A stretch of DNA of 57,717 bases, the filler included, from Bipalium vagum (Eukaryota): NCBI GenBank assembly GCA_037834085.1. It is 3 parts of 3 records of this genome, joined end to end, with 100 filler letters (N's around TTAATTAATTAA, not from the genome) between each part and the next. Parts side by side here need not be neighbours in the genome. Positions count along the whole stretch, not along the records: positions 1 to 19,116 come from JBBMKC010009964.1; 2 more parts are not named here. One strand, given 5' to 3'. A model generated the notes under the pieces. The model searched no databases and was not told the origin of the DNA. It was given only the letters and a program-made list of their open reading frames with translations. Made by a program: the position numbers and the translations under genes. This document shows positions 1-11,880 of the stretch, one piece after another (position 1 is the first letter of the stretch; each line of letters opens with the position of its first letter).

Positions 1-1
1 A

Positions 2-1003
2 TTAATCAAAATATGATCCATGACATTGTGTGACTTTGTCCCAACGGTCTTGCAACGTGATAATGCCATTTTCATAAAAATCTTTTTTTACTGAAGAAGA
101 AATTGGACACTTCCATTTTTAAATCCATTTCATTTGTGAACTTATTTCCTCCCAAATGATTATCAAGATTAAGAAATAAGTGGGAATCTGCAGGAGAGAG
201 ATCAAGGAAATAAGGTGGGTGGCAAATGATCTCCCACCCAAGTTGCGTTATTTTGTCAAGAGTTTTTTGAACTTTTTTGGTGAACTTTTTCTAATTGAGA
301 ACAATAGATTTCAGAGGTTACTGTTTCTTCCGTTTTTAGGAACTCTTGATGAATAATTCCTTCACAAGTCCACCAAACGCATAGTAAAAGCTTTTTCTGA
401 AATAGACCATCCTTTGGAAATTGTGGCAAAGAATCCGTAGGAGATAACCAATGATGTGTTCTCTTTTGTTTAGAATACATAACCCACTGTTCATTGAATG
501 TCAGTATTCTACTGAAAATGGCTTTTCCTTTAACTGACTGAGATGAAAAGAGCATATTGTCAGTCTCTGAAATCTATTCTCTGGTGTTATATCATGTGGA
601 ACCAATTTACTTAATTTCTATCTCGTTCCAATTTGATGCATATGTAATTTGAATGTTTCTTCGCTGACATTAAATATCAATTCAAGTTCCTTATATGTTT
701 GACTTAAATCTTACTCAATTGCCATTCTCAAATCATCAGTGTTCATGTGAATGGGCCTCCAAGATCTGGGTTCATCTTCCAGATTTTGATTGAATATGAA
801 CGAATGATTGAATTTCTGTTCGCCATTTTGACTGCTGAAAAACTTTATATATGACTTAATGATATTTATTTTTTATTTATTATTTAATATATTGATTGAA
901 TTTAATCTAATAAAACAAATTGATTTTCTGAGTAATAATAATAAATTATTTCATGAAACGTCAATTTAATAAAATCGGCAAGAACTTATTTGGACACATA
1001 ATA
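2..1003 (-). mobile_element. Decayed mariner (DD34D) element, internally deleted; 3' TIR beyond window edge
   Basis: Minus strand reads LLCVWWTCEGIIHQEFL, LGWEIICHPPYFLDLSPADSHLF and ends FYENGIITLQDRWDKVTQCHGSYFD* (stop 2-4). The HDNA (second Asp) segment is missing. TIR-like end TATTATGTGTCCAAATAAGTTCTTGCCGATTT at ~972-1003. Confidence 0.9.
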
Positions 1004-1442
1004 TAATTAATGCATGCTCCATTGCAGTTGAATTACCCTTCCTAATCAATGTGGGTTATTTAATTTTATTCCTCATTTTTTATTGTTATTATTTATAAAT
1101 TTCATTGAAGGTTCAATATGAATAATATTGGTTTTTAAAATAGTTTTTTATTATTGAATGCAATACATTGATCAGCAAATGTTACGTTGTTACCATTGTA
1201 ATTTTTGGATCTTAAAAACGAAGAATATTTATCAAATATATCATTTAACTGAATAAGGTTGACAAGATTTCCCTTCCTTTATTAATATTCAATCGATTAT
1301 TTTAATAACATTCATTGATTTAAATATTTTTTCTAGTGCTATATTTTGTAAAGCTTTAGTTTATTATTTTTGTGAATATTTTTAAAAACGTTTTATACAA
1401 TACTTCTGATTTGATTAAAATGAAAAAATAAATTAATATTTT

Positions 1443-1740
1443 AATATAATTAATTTTATTTTTCGATTATACGCATTTTATTAAATGAATACAAAGTTTA
1501 TTCAAATATATATTTTCATGAAACATGTTTTGAACTTTTATTTTTCAGTTCTTCATCTTTCAATGTTTTTAATATTTACATTTTAAATCGCTAAATAACG
1601 GTAAAATGTAAATATCAAAAACATTGACTGATGAAGAACTGAAAAATAAAAGTTCGAAAAATGATTCATGAAAATATATATTTGAATAAATTTTGTATTT
1701 ATTTAATAAAACGCGTATATTCGAAAAATAAATTTATATT
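1443..1740. repeat. ~300-bp imperfect inverted repeat (fold-back), probably an inverted Penelope-like pseudo-LTR duplication
   Basis: Arms ~1443-1585 and 1602-1740 are reverse complements with scattered mismatches around a 16-nt spacer (AATCGCTAAATAACGG). Each arm carries a hammerhead-like motif. Confidence 0.85.
1624..1669 (+). ncRNA. Minimal type-I hammerhead ribozyme-like motif (stem III mutated)
   Basis: TTGA-CTGATGAA-GAACT-gaaaaataaa-AGTTC-GAAA-AATGAT-TCAT: both core boxes and a 5-bp stem II are present. The family consensus stem III is GAAACATGTTTC; this copy has 2 changes. Confidence 0.55.
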
Positions 1741-1849
1741 GTTCACAGGATTAAGAATAATTAATTTTAATATAATAAAAATCTTAAAAATCATGTTTCC
1801 ATATAAAAATTTACATTAAACAAATATTTTATTTAATACTTAATCATCA

Positions 1850-2330
1850 CTCTCTTTAGATAATGGTAATTCTTGTGCAAAACAATGTCGTTATAGCAAT
1901 GTTTTATAACTCTCCGCGTGGAATCATAAGAACCAAATATTTTTCCATACTTAAAACTTCACATTGCATAGTAGAAATGGTAATAGGAAGAATTAATATT
2001 GGAACTAAATGGAAGAAAAGACAAGAATTTTCAAACACACTCCTCAATTTTCTATATTTTTTTCTATCCAATGTATTGTCATGCACTGTCTGGATGGAGA
2101 ATATCTTCCTTCCTATTTTCAAACCTGGCCATTTCTTTTAAACTTTCTTTTTAGTCACCTCTTTTTACTATTAAGAAACATTTAGGTTATTGTTTTAATA
2201 AACTTTTACAGCTCGAAAAAAATAATGAAATTAATTTATCATCAAACAATTATATCAATATTAGATTTTCCAAGGACTACCTGGCTATAATATTTAATGT
2301 CTCATTTCATTATTAAAATTTTGCATGGAT
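1850..2330 (-). mobile_element. Highly decayed mariner transposase remnant
   Basis: Minus frames give KKWPGLKIGRKIF and FLPFSSNINSSYYHFYYAM*SFKYGKIFGSYDS, which match the mariner HPPYSPDLAPSDYHLFRSMxxFLxGKxFxS region. Confidence 0.55.
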
Positions 2331-2340
2331 TTTAAAAATT

Positions 2341-3200
2341 ATAAGGTGTTCTGAGAGTGTTCTTTTTTTAAAAATTTTGTTTCTTTACTTAAATATAAAT
2401 TGTAAGATATATTTTTCAAAGAGCAGCCATCATTATTAATAAATTTCTTCCAACCTTAAGGAAGCTGGTAAATTATAGGAAAAAAATCATCATCTTTAGA
2501 GATTTTTTTAATTTCCACAAAGGATTTGTATTATTGTTCATTAATCGAGTGCGCCACCGAATGAAACCAATGATGACCAGAACAGTCTAATGAATAAGCC
2601 GGATTGGGAACCACTTCCCACTGAATCTCATTTTATCATTCCTGAAATTCTATTGTGATTACTTCATATTCCTGTCTCGAAATTTAATTGTTTTTCAGAC
2701 ATTGCTTGATCTAGATACCAGTCTCTTTTAACAATTTGACTAATAATCGTTGAATATGTCATGATGAATTCTTTTATCTTCCCATCAGATGTATAGCAAT
2801 GTTCTTCCAATACAATTTTCCATTTAGTGCTACTTAGAAATCCTCGTGACAGTTTCTTTACTTATTGCCGTCAAATTCAATTCCTGTTTATCTACTATGA
2901 CAAGTTACTACTCAAAATTTTTTTTTGATTGATTTTGGTACTTGATTTTTTTTATTTTAGAACTCTAGGTGTGAGCTTGTGATTGTTTTTGTTTTCAACG
3001 TGATCTTTTGTCCTGTGCACTTTTTGACTTTGCGGAAAATCACTTAAATTTTGAAAGTTGTTTTTGACGTAGTCTTCAAAAACTATTCTGAGTTTCAGCA
3101 GTAGTGTTTCATGTTAAGATAAAACGGAATCACTTTTTTCAAGTGATGCTTATTTGACATACACTTCTCGACCTATTTAAAAAGTGAAAATGTACAAAAA
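2341..3200 (-). mobile_element. Decayed mariner (Mos1/mauritiana-like) remnant
   Basis: Minus strand IQWEVVPNPAYSLDCS..HHWFHSVAHSINEQ*YKSFVEIKK..SKDDDFF..IYQLP*GWKKFINNDG resembles the Mos1 C-terminus; many indels. Confidence 0.75.
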
Positions 3201-3299
3201 ATAAATATATTGTTTGAATTGGATAGTTAATGTTTTCTCAGGTTAATTAATTTTGAAAAAAAAATTTTTTTTTTTAATTAAAAATTAAAAATAATAATT

Positions 3300-3490
3300 T
3301 CCACATTCAGAATTTTACAAAATATTTAAATGAAAAATTAGACCGTCGCTTAGGTAATTAAGGTGTGTTATTTTAAATATGAATGACTGATGATGAACTG
3401 ATAATAGTTCGAAACATGTTTCTTAATAATAAATGTTTGGAAAAAAATTGTTCAAAATTATTGAAATGTGTCTACTTAAAAAATAAATAT
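3300..3490 (+). mobile_element. Penelope-like element 3' remnant / pseudo-LTR
   Basis: HIQNFTKYLNEKLDRRLGN* (3302-3361) resembles the C-terminus of Penelope GIY-YIG endonucleases. It is followed by a hammerhead motif and a tail shared with 37509-37590. Confidence 0.55.
3383..3424 (+). ncRNA. Minimal type-I hammerhead ribozyme motif (best copy)
   Basis: ATGA-CTGATGAT-GAACT-gataat-AGTTC-GAAA-CATG-TT-TCTT: CUGAUGA box at 3387, perfect 5-bp stem II, GAAA at 3411, palindromic stem III (GAAACATGTTTC), predicted GUU cleavage triplet, very short stem I. Confidence 0.7.
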
Positions 3491-4090
3491 TGTTAGAAAT
3501 TTAAAAAATGTGAAATATTCTTGATAAAGGATAAGCACAGATGACAGCAGATAATTCAGTCAAACAAATAATCCATTCTAAAAGTACCTATTTTAAAACC
3601 TATTCTTTACTGTATGTGACTAAAAATTAACATTGTTCATTAATAATTTATTTTAAAAAATTATATTTTTTTAGAAAAATTATACAATTTAGTTTTCTCG
3701 TAAATATGGACTTGAAATTCGAGACGAAGTTATGCAAGTCTCTTGAAAACCAAATCATAATTTGCTAAATATTAAATAATAAATTCTTGCGATTTTTTCT
3801 GTTCCAAAATTACTCAATTTGTAGGATTTGCTGTTAGCAAAATATGGGACATTTCAATAAGAAAGTGATTATTGAGTACTTTATTTTTTTTCGGAATAAT
3901 GATCAAAAAATAAGTATTAAATAAATAAAAAATAAATTTTTCTGAATTTATTTCTTTTTTACCAGCTGGTTGTTTTTTTTAAATATTAATTTTTCTTTTT
4001 GATGTTTTTAAAATCATAAATTTAAATTAATATTTGATCAAAATTAAAGAAAATCAGAAAACAAAGACTTCTAAATTTTAGTTCCTTCAG

Positions 4091-4148
4091 AGTCATTAAT
4101 ACTTATATATTTGGGTTGAAGAAAAGTGAAACGTTTATCTATAACGCG
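4091..4148 (+). CDS. Candidate upstream exon of the AIP3/Bud6-like gene
   Basis: TTCCTTCAG acceptor, open frame VINTYIFGLKKSETFIYNA, consensus donor GTAAGT at 4149. Ends in phase 0, compatible with exon 8460. Confidence 0.45.
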
Positions 4149-6064
4149 GTAAGTTAACCTTGAATAAAAATAAATTGAGATTTAATAAATAAAAAATTCT
4201 TTAGATAAGATTGCTATAATATTTCAATATAAATCATAAACGCTTATCTGACTCAATATCTTTTATATGACTAAGTTGTAGTAAGATCTTACAGATAATT
4301 TTAAATAATATATAGCAACACCGATATTTTTTATTCTTCTACACAAATCAATAAACGAAATGCCAATATTAATCACGCAACGTCCAGGGTAATATATAAA
4401 TTAGTCTACAACACTGAGTCGAACACACAATAAGTTTGTGCTCCAGTAATACAATGTTAACTACTTTCTGCTTTTACGTTCTGACTAAATCTCGACAACT
4501 CGTCCCAGAGTAAACAATAATAAGAATAATGATAACAAAAACAGTAATCCAATAAAATAATATTAATCGATGGGGATTATAAATTAACGACACGATTAAT
4601 CAATGATAAAAATAAATCAATAATCGATCATAACTGATAATGAGAGAAAATTTTAATTATTGATTACATACAAAATATAAATATATTTGTTTAAATAAAC
4701 ATGTTTTTTAGCGGTTTTTATAGAGCATCTTTGTCATATCTAGAAACACATTTATCGTTAAGTCATCTGTTTGGCTTGTTTGAACTATTGAAGAGTCCAC
4801 CAATATCATTAACCGTTCTTGATATTTCCTTGTTTCCTTGTGTTTCTATAGTATCGGTCCGTGGATTTTTTTAAATAGTCTCCTGGAATACTCATAGTTT
4901 CAATATTGGACACTCAATCATTGACAATATCATTTTCCATGGTATAGTTCCTTGATCTTCACTGACTTCCTTCTATGTGATCTTTTTCTTTCATTCTCAA
5001 TATTGGTTCATGTATTGTCTGCTCATCTTGATACCTCTCTGACACCGACTCATCAAGCGATGATATTTCTCGGTTTGCTCCGGTTCATCAATTGTCTTAC
5101 TACCACGGAATCTAGATTTTCCACTTCTATATTTTATACTTCATGAACTTCTTTTACCGTATTGAGTTCCTTATGTTGTGCTAATAAATCTATTAATTTA
5201 AAAATTTTAAATAAATTTTATTTTATTTCTTATCACATTAAAATATCATTTATAAAAGTTTAATGATGGAATTTAAAAATTGATAAATCTTTGCTTGAGT
5301 AATTGTGTCAGAATAATAATGTACAATATTTAAAAAAACAAAAATGATTTCTTGAATTTTGTTTTTCACTAAAAATGTCCTGAGAGGAGGAGAGATATTA
5401 TTTTTGTCTTCCTTTCGATATCTTTGAATTTTTATTTATCTTCTTATATTTGAGACCATTGAATTGAAAATTGTGGAATTGAAATCCACACTATTGAAAG
5501 AAGAGAAAGCAAAATTAATCTTAAAAACGTTACCAACTCCATTAATTATTATTCCATTTTTTTTTATATATTCTAAAAACAAATTACACTGTCTCCAACG
5601 ACTTTCTTGTTTAATTAAATCAATTATAATTTTAAAAAGATAACAATATGATCAATTAACAACTGAAAATTGAAATCGCAAATACCACATTAATCTTTTG
5701 TTGTTTGTACAATTAGGAATTCACTACAATTTTCTTACATAATAAAATGGAGAGTTTTCATTTTTCATTTCCATTGTTATCACTCTCTGTAGAAAGGCAA
5801 TTTTCCAATATAAAAAACGAGGAAAAAATGAATTGATATTTAATAAAAATTTTATAAAACTATTTTTATTAATTTTTAAATGTCTAACTCAACGATAGGG
5901 GGTTCTAATATTTAATACTTAATAAACAATAATAAATTAACGATATCCAAATTAAAATTTTCTACTTCAATAAATTTAATTTAATTTTTTCTCATCAGTG
6001 TTTGGTCAAAATCTGCCCAATTGATAATTAAAATGCCTTATCGTAACCATTAAAATAAAAACAG

Positions 6065-6074
6065 GGAGGATCCG
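6065..6074 (+). CDS. Candidate microexon (E)DP of the AIP3/Bud6-like gene
   Basis: CAG|GGAG|GATCCG|GTAAGT: consensus donor, in-frame stop just upstream, and it encodes the EDP motif that opens this helix in SRCIN1/KIAA1217. Confidence 0.4.
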
Positions 6075-7637
6075 GTAAGTATATTTTGATTCTGTTACAA
6101 TGTGAAGTCGATTAGAAATCAAACCAAAAAAATATTCACAAAATAGTTGGGAGAGACAAAGATATTGGTATTGCGAAACATTGAAATAAAAATCATATAT
6201 AAATATTTTTAAAACAATAATATTTTCACTTACTCTTCTAATAACAGTTTACAACATGAAACAAATAATACAGTTTAACCTCTATAACTTAAAAATATGC
6301 CTATTTTAATATTGTTCAATATCTATCAAAAGACTGTTAGAATTAATTTAACTTTATACAAGATTAAACTACAAAATATTCTGTGAAATAATTTTCATCG
6401 TTCTAGGTGCATTTTAATAATTTTTCGCGTAGCTGACAGATTGCTGTCTAGCAAAAACATGACGATTTCAAATCTTTATAATTAGAGATTGATTTTTGAA
6501 TATAATCAATTGTTTTGGACTGCTAGTCATTCAGGTGATATTGAAAAGACTGTAATAAATAATAATATGATGGTGTCATGTCAACTGATTAAGTTGTCAT
6601 GAGGAAGAACTTCCCAACACAAAGATTTTATAGTACCGGACTTAATAATTTCTAATGATAAGAATGAAAAAGAATTTTTATTTAAACTATTTTTGAAAAT
6701 AATAAAATAAAAGTTAATTTTCTGAAATTAAAATATATAAAATTATTGTTATTTTTTTCTTATTTTGGCTGTATGTTTTCAGAATTTTTAGAACTGAGTC
6801 TGTCTTCATTTCTTCGGACTGATTAACACGAAGTCGGATAAGTATACATTAATAGAACTTTAAAACTTTTTCTCTTGTCTATCAAAGTTGAAATTTTATG
6901 TAAAAAGATTTTAAAATAATAAAGATTAAAAAATAATAGATTTAAAAATAATTAAATAATAAAATTTGTACAAGATCTAAATTTCAAATTTCAACATTCA
7001 AAAAACTTGAAGAAATTTTAACAAAAAATACCATAATGATAACTAAACGCGGTCACATTCAAATGTAAATTTATATTTTATACTTTGATTTAAATATTCC
7101 ACCAATATATTTCATCCTGTATTTTCATTTATTTTATTAATAAACTTTATTTAAAGCTTCCATTTTGCGTAATTGAATATTTAAAATATTTATAAATAAT
7201 GTACTCGAATTACAAACATTCAAAGGAAACCATATTATGTTATTAAATAAATAAAGCATCCATCTTTTGATAGTCGGTATTTTTAAATCTGATTAAATAT
7301 TTTCACTCTTTCATGAAATACTTACAGGATCATTTTATCTATTGATCTCTAATTAAATCTATTCGGTGAGGAATGAAATTTAAATAAACCAAGAGCTTGA
7401 GGAGAACATGTAATAACGTTATATGAATATTGAAGATATTAAGATTAATGGGGATCAAATAAAGAAAATATTTTTCATAAAAATATATTAATTACGAAAT
7501 AAACAATTTAAAAATATAAAGTTAAATATAAATAAGAAATAAAAAGTGAATTTTTTAATCTTATCAATTTTCATCAATTGAGGTTAGATTTTGTTTAAAA
7601 CAGTTATTTTTTTCTGATTTTATGAAGACATTTTAAA

Positions 7638-7800
7638 TGTCGACTCTATCTAAAAAGATAAAACGCTTTAAACATTCAATTATGATAGATTATTGGTTAG
7701 GTTGGAAAAAGTGGAATCAAAATATACAACGGTTCAAGATGTATGCAACTCATTTAATGTAAATAAAAATTAAGTAAAACAATTTGCGATATTCATTTAG
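7638..7800 (+). mobile_element. pogo/Tigger-like N-terminal HTH remnant
   Basis: MSTLSKKIKRL..RLLVRLEKVESKYTTVQDVCNSFNVNK resembles the CENP-B/psq-type HTH at the start of pogo transposases. Confidence 0.35.
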
Positions 7801-8459
7801 AAGAAAATATGACACTAAATGAATTTTTGTTAAAAACTGCGTAGAAATTTTTATTTATTGATTTTTTATCACTTAAGTAATTTTAAATGGTAGGAAAAGT
7901 AGAAGGTGCTGAAGAATATAATATAATAATTCAATATTTTATTTTCACTTTATCATAAGAATTACGAAGTACTTGTAGATATGTAATCAACAGATATATT
8001 AATTAAATTTATTATTTTTATATCTGAGTAGAAAAAGATTGTAAATTTTTGTTTTTTACTTTTATTTTATATTATAATATAATACAATTTTCGAAAAAAT
8101 TAATATTTTTTATTATAAGAAACCCTGCAAAAATCCTTAACAATTTCACAATGGTAACTTTTTTTGGTAATTTTTTTCAATGGTTAATGAGAGTAAAACC
8201 GCTATAATCCAAAAAATATTATATTAATAAATTTTATTTAAGAATTAATTTAATTGTTTATTTAAAAAATTCATGTAACTCTAAAATTCGACATCTTTAA
8301 ATTTACGGTTATAATTAATGCCTAACTTTTGTAAATTTTCAGATTCGGTTTTTGTTAATATCCTTACAGTAAAGAAATTTTATTTATTATAGAGAGATTT
8401 AATTGTGAAAAAATAAATTTTTTGGTTTTTAACCGATCTCATAAGAAAACCTATTCCAG

Positions 8460-8655
8460 ATACCCGATTCTCAGAAAATTTCTGACCGCATAAAACTGTT
8501 CGAATACAACCAAGCAGTGCTTGCTCATAAAATCCAAACAGTGCAAACCAGCGTGTCCACATATTTTTCATCTGATGAAAAGTATCAACCAGATGTACTC
8601 AGTAACCTTTCGAGGAATGTTTCAGATATCAATGATGATTTCTCCAAACTTCAGG
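8460..8655 (+). CDS. AIP3/Bud6-domain coiled-coil protein (SRCIN1/KIAA1217-like), internal exon
   Basis: TTCCAG acceptor, GTAATA donor; IPDSQKISDRIKLFEYNQAVLAHKIQTVQTSVSTYFSSDEKYQPDVLSNLSRNVSDINDDFSKLQ, phase 0 to 1, matching the next exon. Confidence 0.8.
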
Positions 8656-9543
8656 GTAATATACAACATTTTATTATTTGTTTCTAGAAAATCTTGAACA
8701 CTTTGAAAAAGATGATTTAAATGATTTAATGTACCTGGTGGTTCAAAAAATGAACACTTGAGTATTTTCATTTAGTTGCATTCATTCCAATTTATTTTAT
8801 AACTTCTTGTTATTAATAGCCCATTGCAATTAATTAATTGTCAAATTACTTTTAGACTTTACAAATAAAACCTTTTATAAAAATTTGCTGACATTCAGGA
8901 ATAAACGTCTTCCATAGCAGAAAAGGACAATAATAGAGAAATGTTGAGCCATTTCAAATTCAACCTTAAAATGGGAGATATTAACGTTAACAACAGGGAT
9001 ATATTTGTTTTATTATTTCCTTAAAACTGTAAAGAACCAAAAAGACCAAAACAAATAACATACTTTAAGGAAAAATTATGTTTTGAAGACCAAAATCAAA
9101 TATAAATATTGACAATAATTTTACACTTGAAACCAAAATGTAATTTAAAATCAAAAAAATTAAATGTGCAAAAGTTAAATACAAATGGCAACACTACATT
9201 AAGGAAGTATAAAAGTAAACACTGGTACTGATAACCTTTTGATTTTGATTTTCAACTTTTATCCTTTGTTTTTTGACTTTAAGATTTAATTTTCATCTGT
9301 AAAAGAAAATGCGTACCTCAAATGTTTACTTTAGAACATTAAGACAAAGCATTTTCCGCCTCTAGCATTCTTTTGATTTCTCGAAATTTCATAAATTAAA
9401 AGTTACTTTAAATATTTACGGATTTTAAGGTAAAGCTTTCGACTGTTTATCCCATACGAGTCTTTTATTAAGTACTCTAAATCATTGACAAAACTTTTGT
9501 AAAGGTTTCTGTATTTCCAATGTCAAACCTCTTTTTTAATGTA

Positions 9544-9685
9544 CAATCTAACCTCAAGTATCCGACTTTTGATATCCTCTGGTTAAGAATACCTATTTAT
9601 AATTTTTATATTTTTTTATATTCTTCTCGATATCCGGCCAGAAAAAGGCATAGTACCGGAAGTTCGGATATTTAAGGTTAGATTG
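9544..9685. mobile_element. pogo/Tigger-type MITE
   Basis: TA-CAATCTAACCTCAAGTATCCGACT at left versus reverse complement CAATCTAACCTTAAATATCCGAACT at right; non-coding interior. Confidence 0.7.
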
Positions 9686-10180
9686 AATGTATTGGTATTA
9701 GCATTTCAAATTATCATTTACTGATATGCTTTTGAAAACTTTCTAGTGCCTGGTCACGTTTATTATTACTTTAATTATTAAGTCATTTTTGTATATAAAT
9801 TCTCAAATTTGGTTTTATGAAACAAGAATATATTTTATCATGTAAAATATGTGGAATGTGAAATATTTTTTTATTTAGGTAAAATACAATTCAAGTAGCC
9901 TACAACTATCAAATTCCATATATTTATTTATTTAAAATAAATAAAAGGGTGATATCGTTCTATATATACATCATTATAAATAGAAAATATTTGTACCAAT
10001 TTTGTCTTATAAAAAATTATTAAATTAAGCGTTTCAAGGCTTCCTTGTATAATCAATTCGTCTTAAAAAGATTTAATTTATACCTGAATATCTGATATTT
10101 TATATTTATATTTTAATTCGAAGAAGATAAAATAAATAACTTTCATCCTTTGTATTGATATTCAATTATTCGAATTTCAG

Positions 10181-10256
10181 AAAGTTATATAATGATCGAG
10201 AAACCCGTGAAGGTGAATATTGAGCTTGTCAATCAGAATCTTGATAAATATCAAAG
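10181..10256 (+). CDS. AIP3/Bud6-domain protein, internal exon
   Basis: TTTCAG / GTACTT boundaries; (E)SYIMIEKPVKVNIELVNQNLDKYQ(S), phase 1 to 2. LQE....EKP..K recalls the Bud6/AIP3 core helix. Confidence 0.8.
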
Positions 10257-10639
10257 GTACTTTAAAATATCTTTTATTAATTTTTATAGCACTGAATTAT
10301 TTATTTTATTGTTCATTTATACTTTGTACTTGTTTATTAAGAGAAATTTTGGATTTGTGTACTTCGATATCTTTATAAAGATATTTTAACATATTGATGA
10401 ATATATAACATTTTGGCTAAGCCCATCATGTTCGTCAACGTGTTTAAATATAAATAAACTCGTACCTATGTCTCATTACACAGTTTATAAATTGTTTGAG
10501 AAACCTAAGAAAATTAAGGAAAATAGAAATTATATTTATTAGAATTAACTGGAAACATTTTCTGATCTATACTTTTATTCTCTAAATAAAGATGCTGATG
10601 ATTTATTTATAATAATCTCTCATTATTCCTCGAGAATTC

Positions 10640-10920
10640 TTCGAAGATGAAATGTTGTAATTAGTATTAATCGACTAAATTTGGATGAAATGACACTTAG
10701 TTATAATAGAAACAGATAAACATGAAATTATAAAATTAGTTTACTCAATATCCTCAGTTCGATACTTCAGTAAGGCTGCAAAGTATCTACTGCAAACAAA
10801 AACAATAACATCTATTGCTTTCCGCTGCAAGCAGTAAGTACCTATTGAGACCATATTATATTCAAAGCTGTTAAAGACAAAATACCTCAAACACTCATCA
10901 AAGATATTGAGAGATGTAAA
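10640..10920 (+). mobile_element. pogo-like DDE fragment
   Basis: NLDE motif followed by LLLSAASSKY.LRP..IFKAVKDKIP, similar to pogo NxDE..TVxLxxxAxGxKLxPxIIFKG; frameshifted. Confidence 0.4.
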
Positions 10921-11017
10921 ATGATTTCTGTCCGGCTGTGCCCGAATAAAAATCGAAAAATTCGGAATTGAATCACTTATTTTCTGACAGTTAAATATTT
11001 AATTTCTTAACTAAAAT

Positions 11018-11880
11018 TGGTTTTCAATTTAATTTAATCTGATTAAAAGCTGATAAGAGACAATAATCAATTTACAAAATAAATTAATCTTTTTAAAAGT
11101 TAAAATAATCAATTTATGAATTATATGTAGATTTGTAACATGTTAAGAAACAAAGGAAAAAATAAATTGGCAAATCCATGCGTGTTGTAATATTTCGGAA
11201 ATATGAGTGTAGCAAAATCCGGAAATAATTTCTTCTAACCTGACATAAATGCTAAAAAATTCACCGTTGTTATAGATACTTACAAAAGAACAAGAAATTT
11301 TGAGGTAAAAGGAACCCAAAAATTAAGATAAATGAAGAAACTATGAACTGGATCATTACGAAAATCGATGACGATGCTAGCTTTACTTTAAAGACTATCC
11401 AACGAATGCTATCGTTATAGAATAAGTTACATTTTCTGTCACAAGCATCATTAACGCCATCAAGTAATGTAATTACCCATTTAAAAGATAAGAATTGATA
11501 CCAGTAGCAAGGAATTATGAAAAACAAAAGGCATTAAGGAAAAAATATCGCAAGCAATACAGGCTTTTAAATAAGGTCATTATAATTTTGATTGATGAAT
11601 TTGGTATATCAAATCTCACAATAATTAAATACGACCAAAGACAAGGTGGAACAACTCAAAAAAATGATAAAACCAATGAGATTAAAAAAATATTTCATAC
11701 CTACGAGTTTGTGTTAAAAGGTTACGAGAAGATGATTTTTAATTACACTTATCACGACAGCATTATGTATGTTATAACAAAAATTTAAATACATGTTTAT
11801 TATGAGTTTTCTTCAGGATTGTTTGATTTTTTAAAAGGATTAAATTATCTTTTAATCAGATTTAATTAACTTGAAAACCA
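11018..11880 (+). mobile_element. IS630/Tc1-like element, internally deleted, with ~32-bp TIRs
   Basis: TGGTTTTCAATTTAATTTAATCTGATTAAAAG (11018-11049) is inverted at 11849-11880. Interior encodes INEETMNWIITKIDDDASFTLKTIQRML..YPFKR*ELIPVARNYEKQKALRKKY..IILIDEFG (HTH plus first catalytic Asp). Confidence 0.75.

Noticed and set aside
5999-6064. Longer exon or 22-nt mini-intron ahead of the EDP segment
   Set aside because: Both models contain in-frame TAA stops.
6400-6670. DFIVPDLII, similar to an RLE endonuclease PD motif
   Set aside because: Too short, and no CCHC or RHN support nearby.
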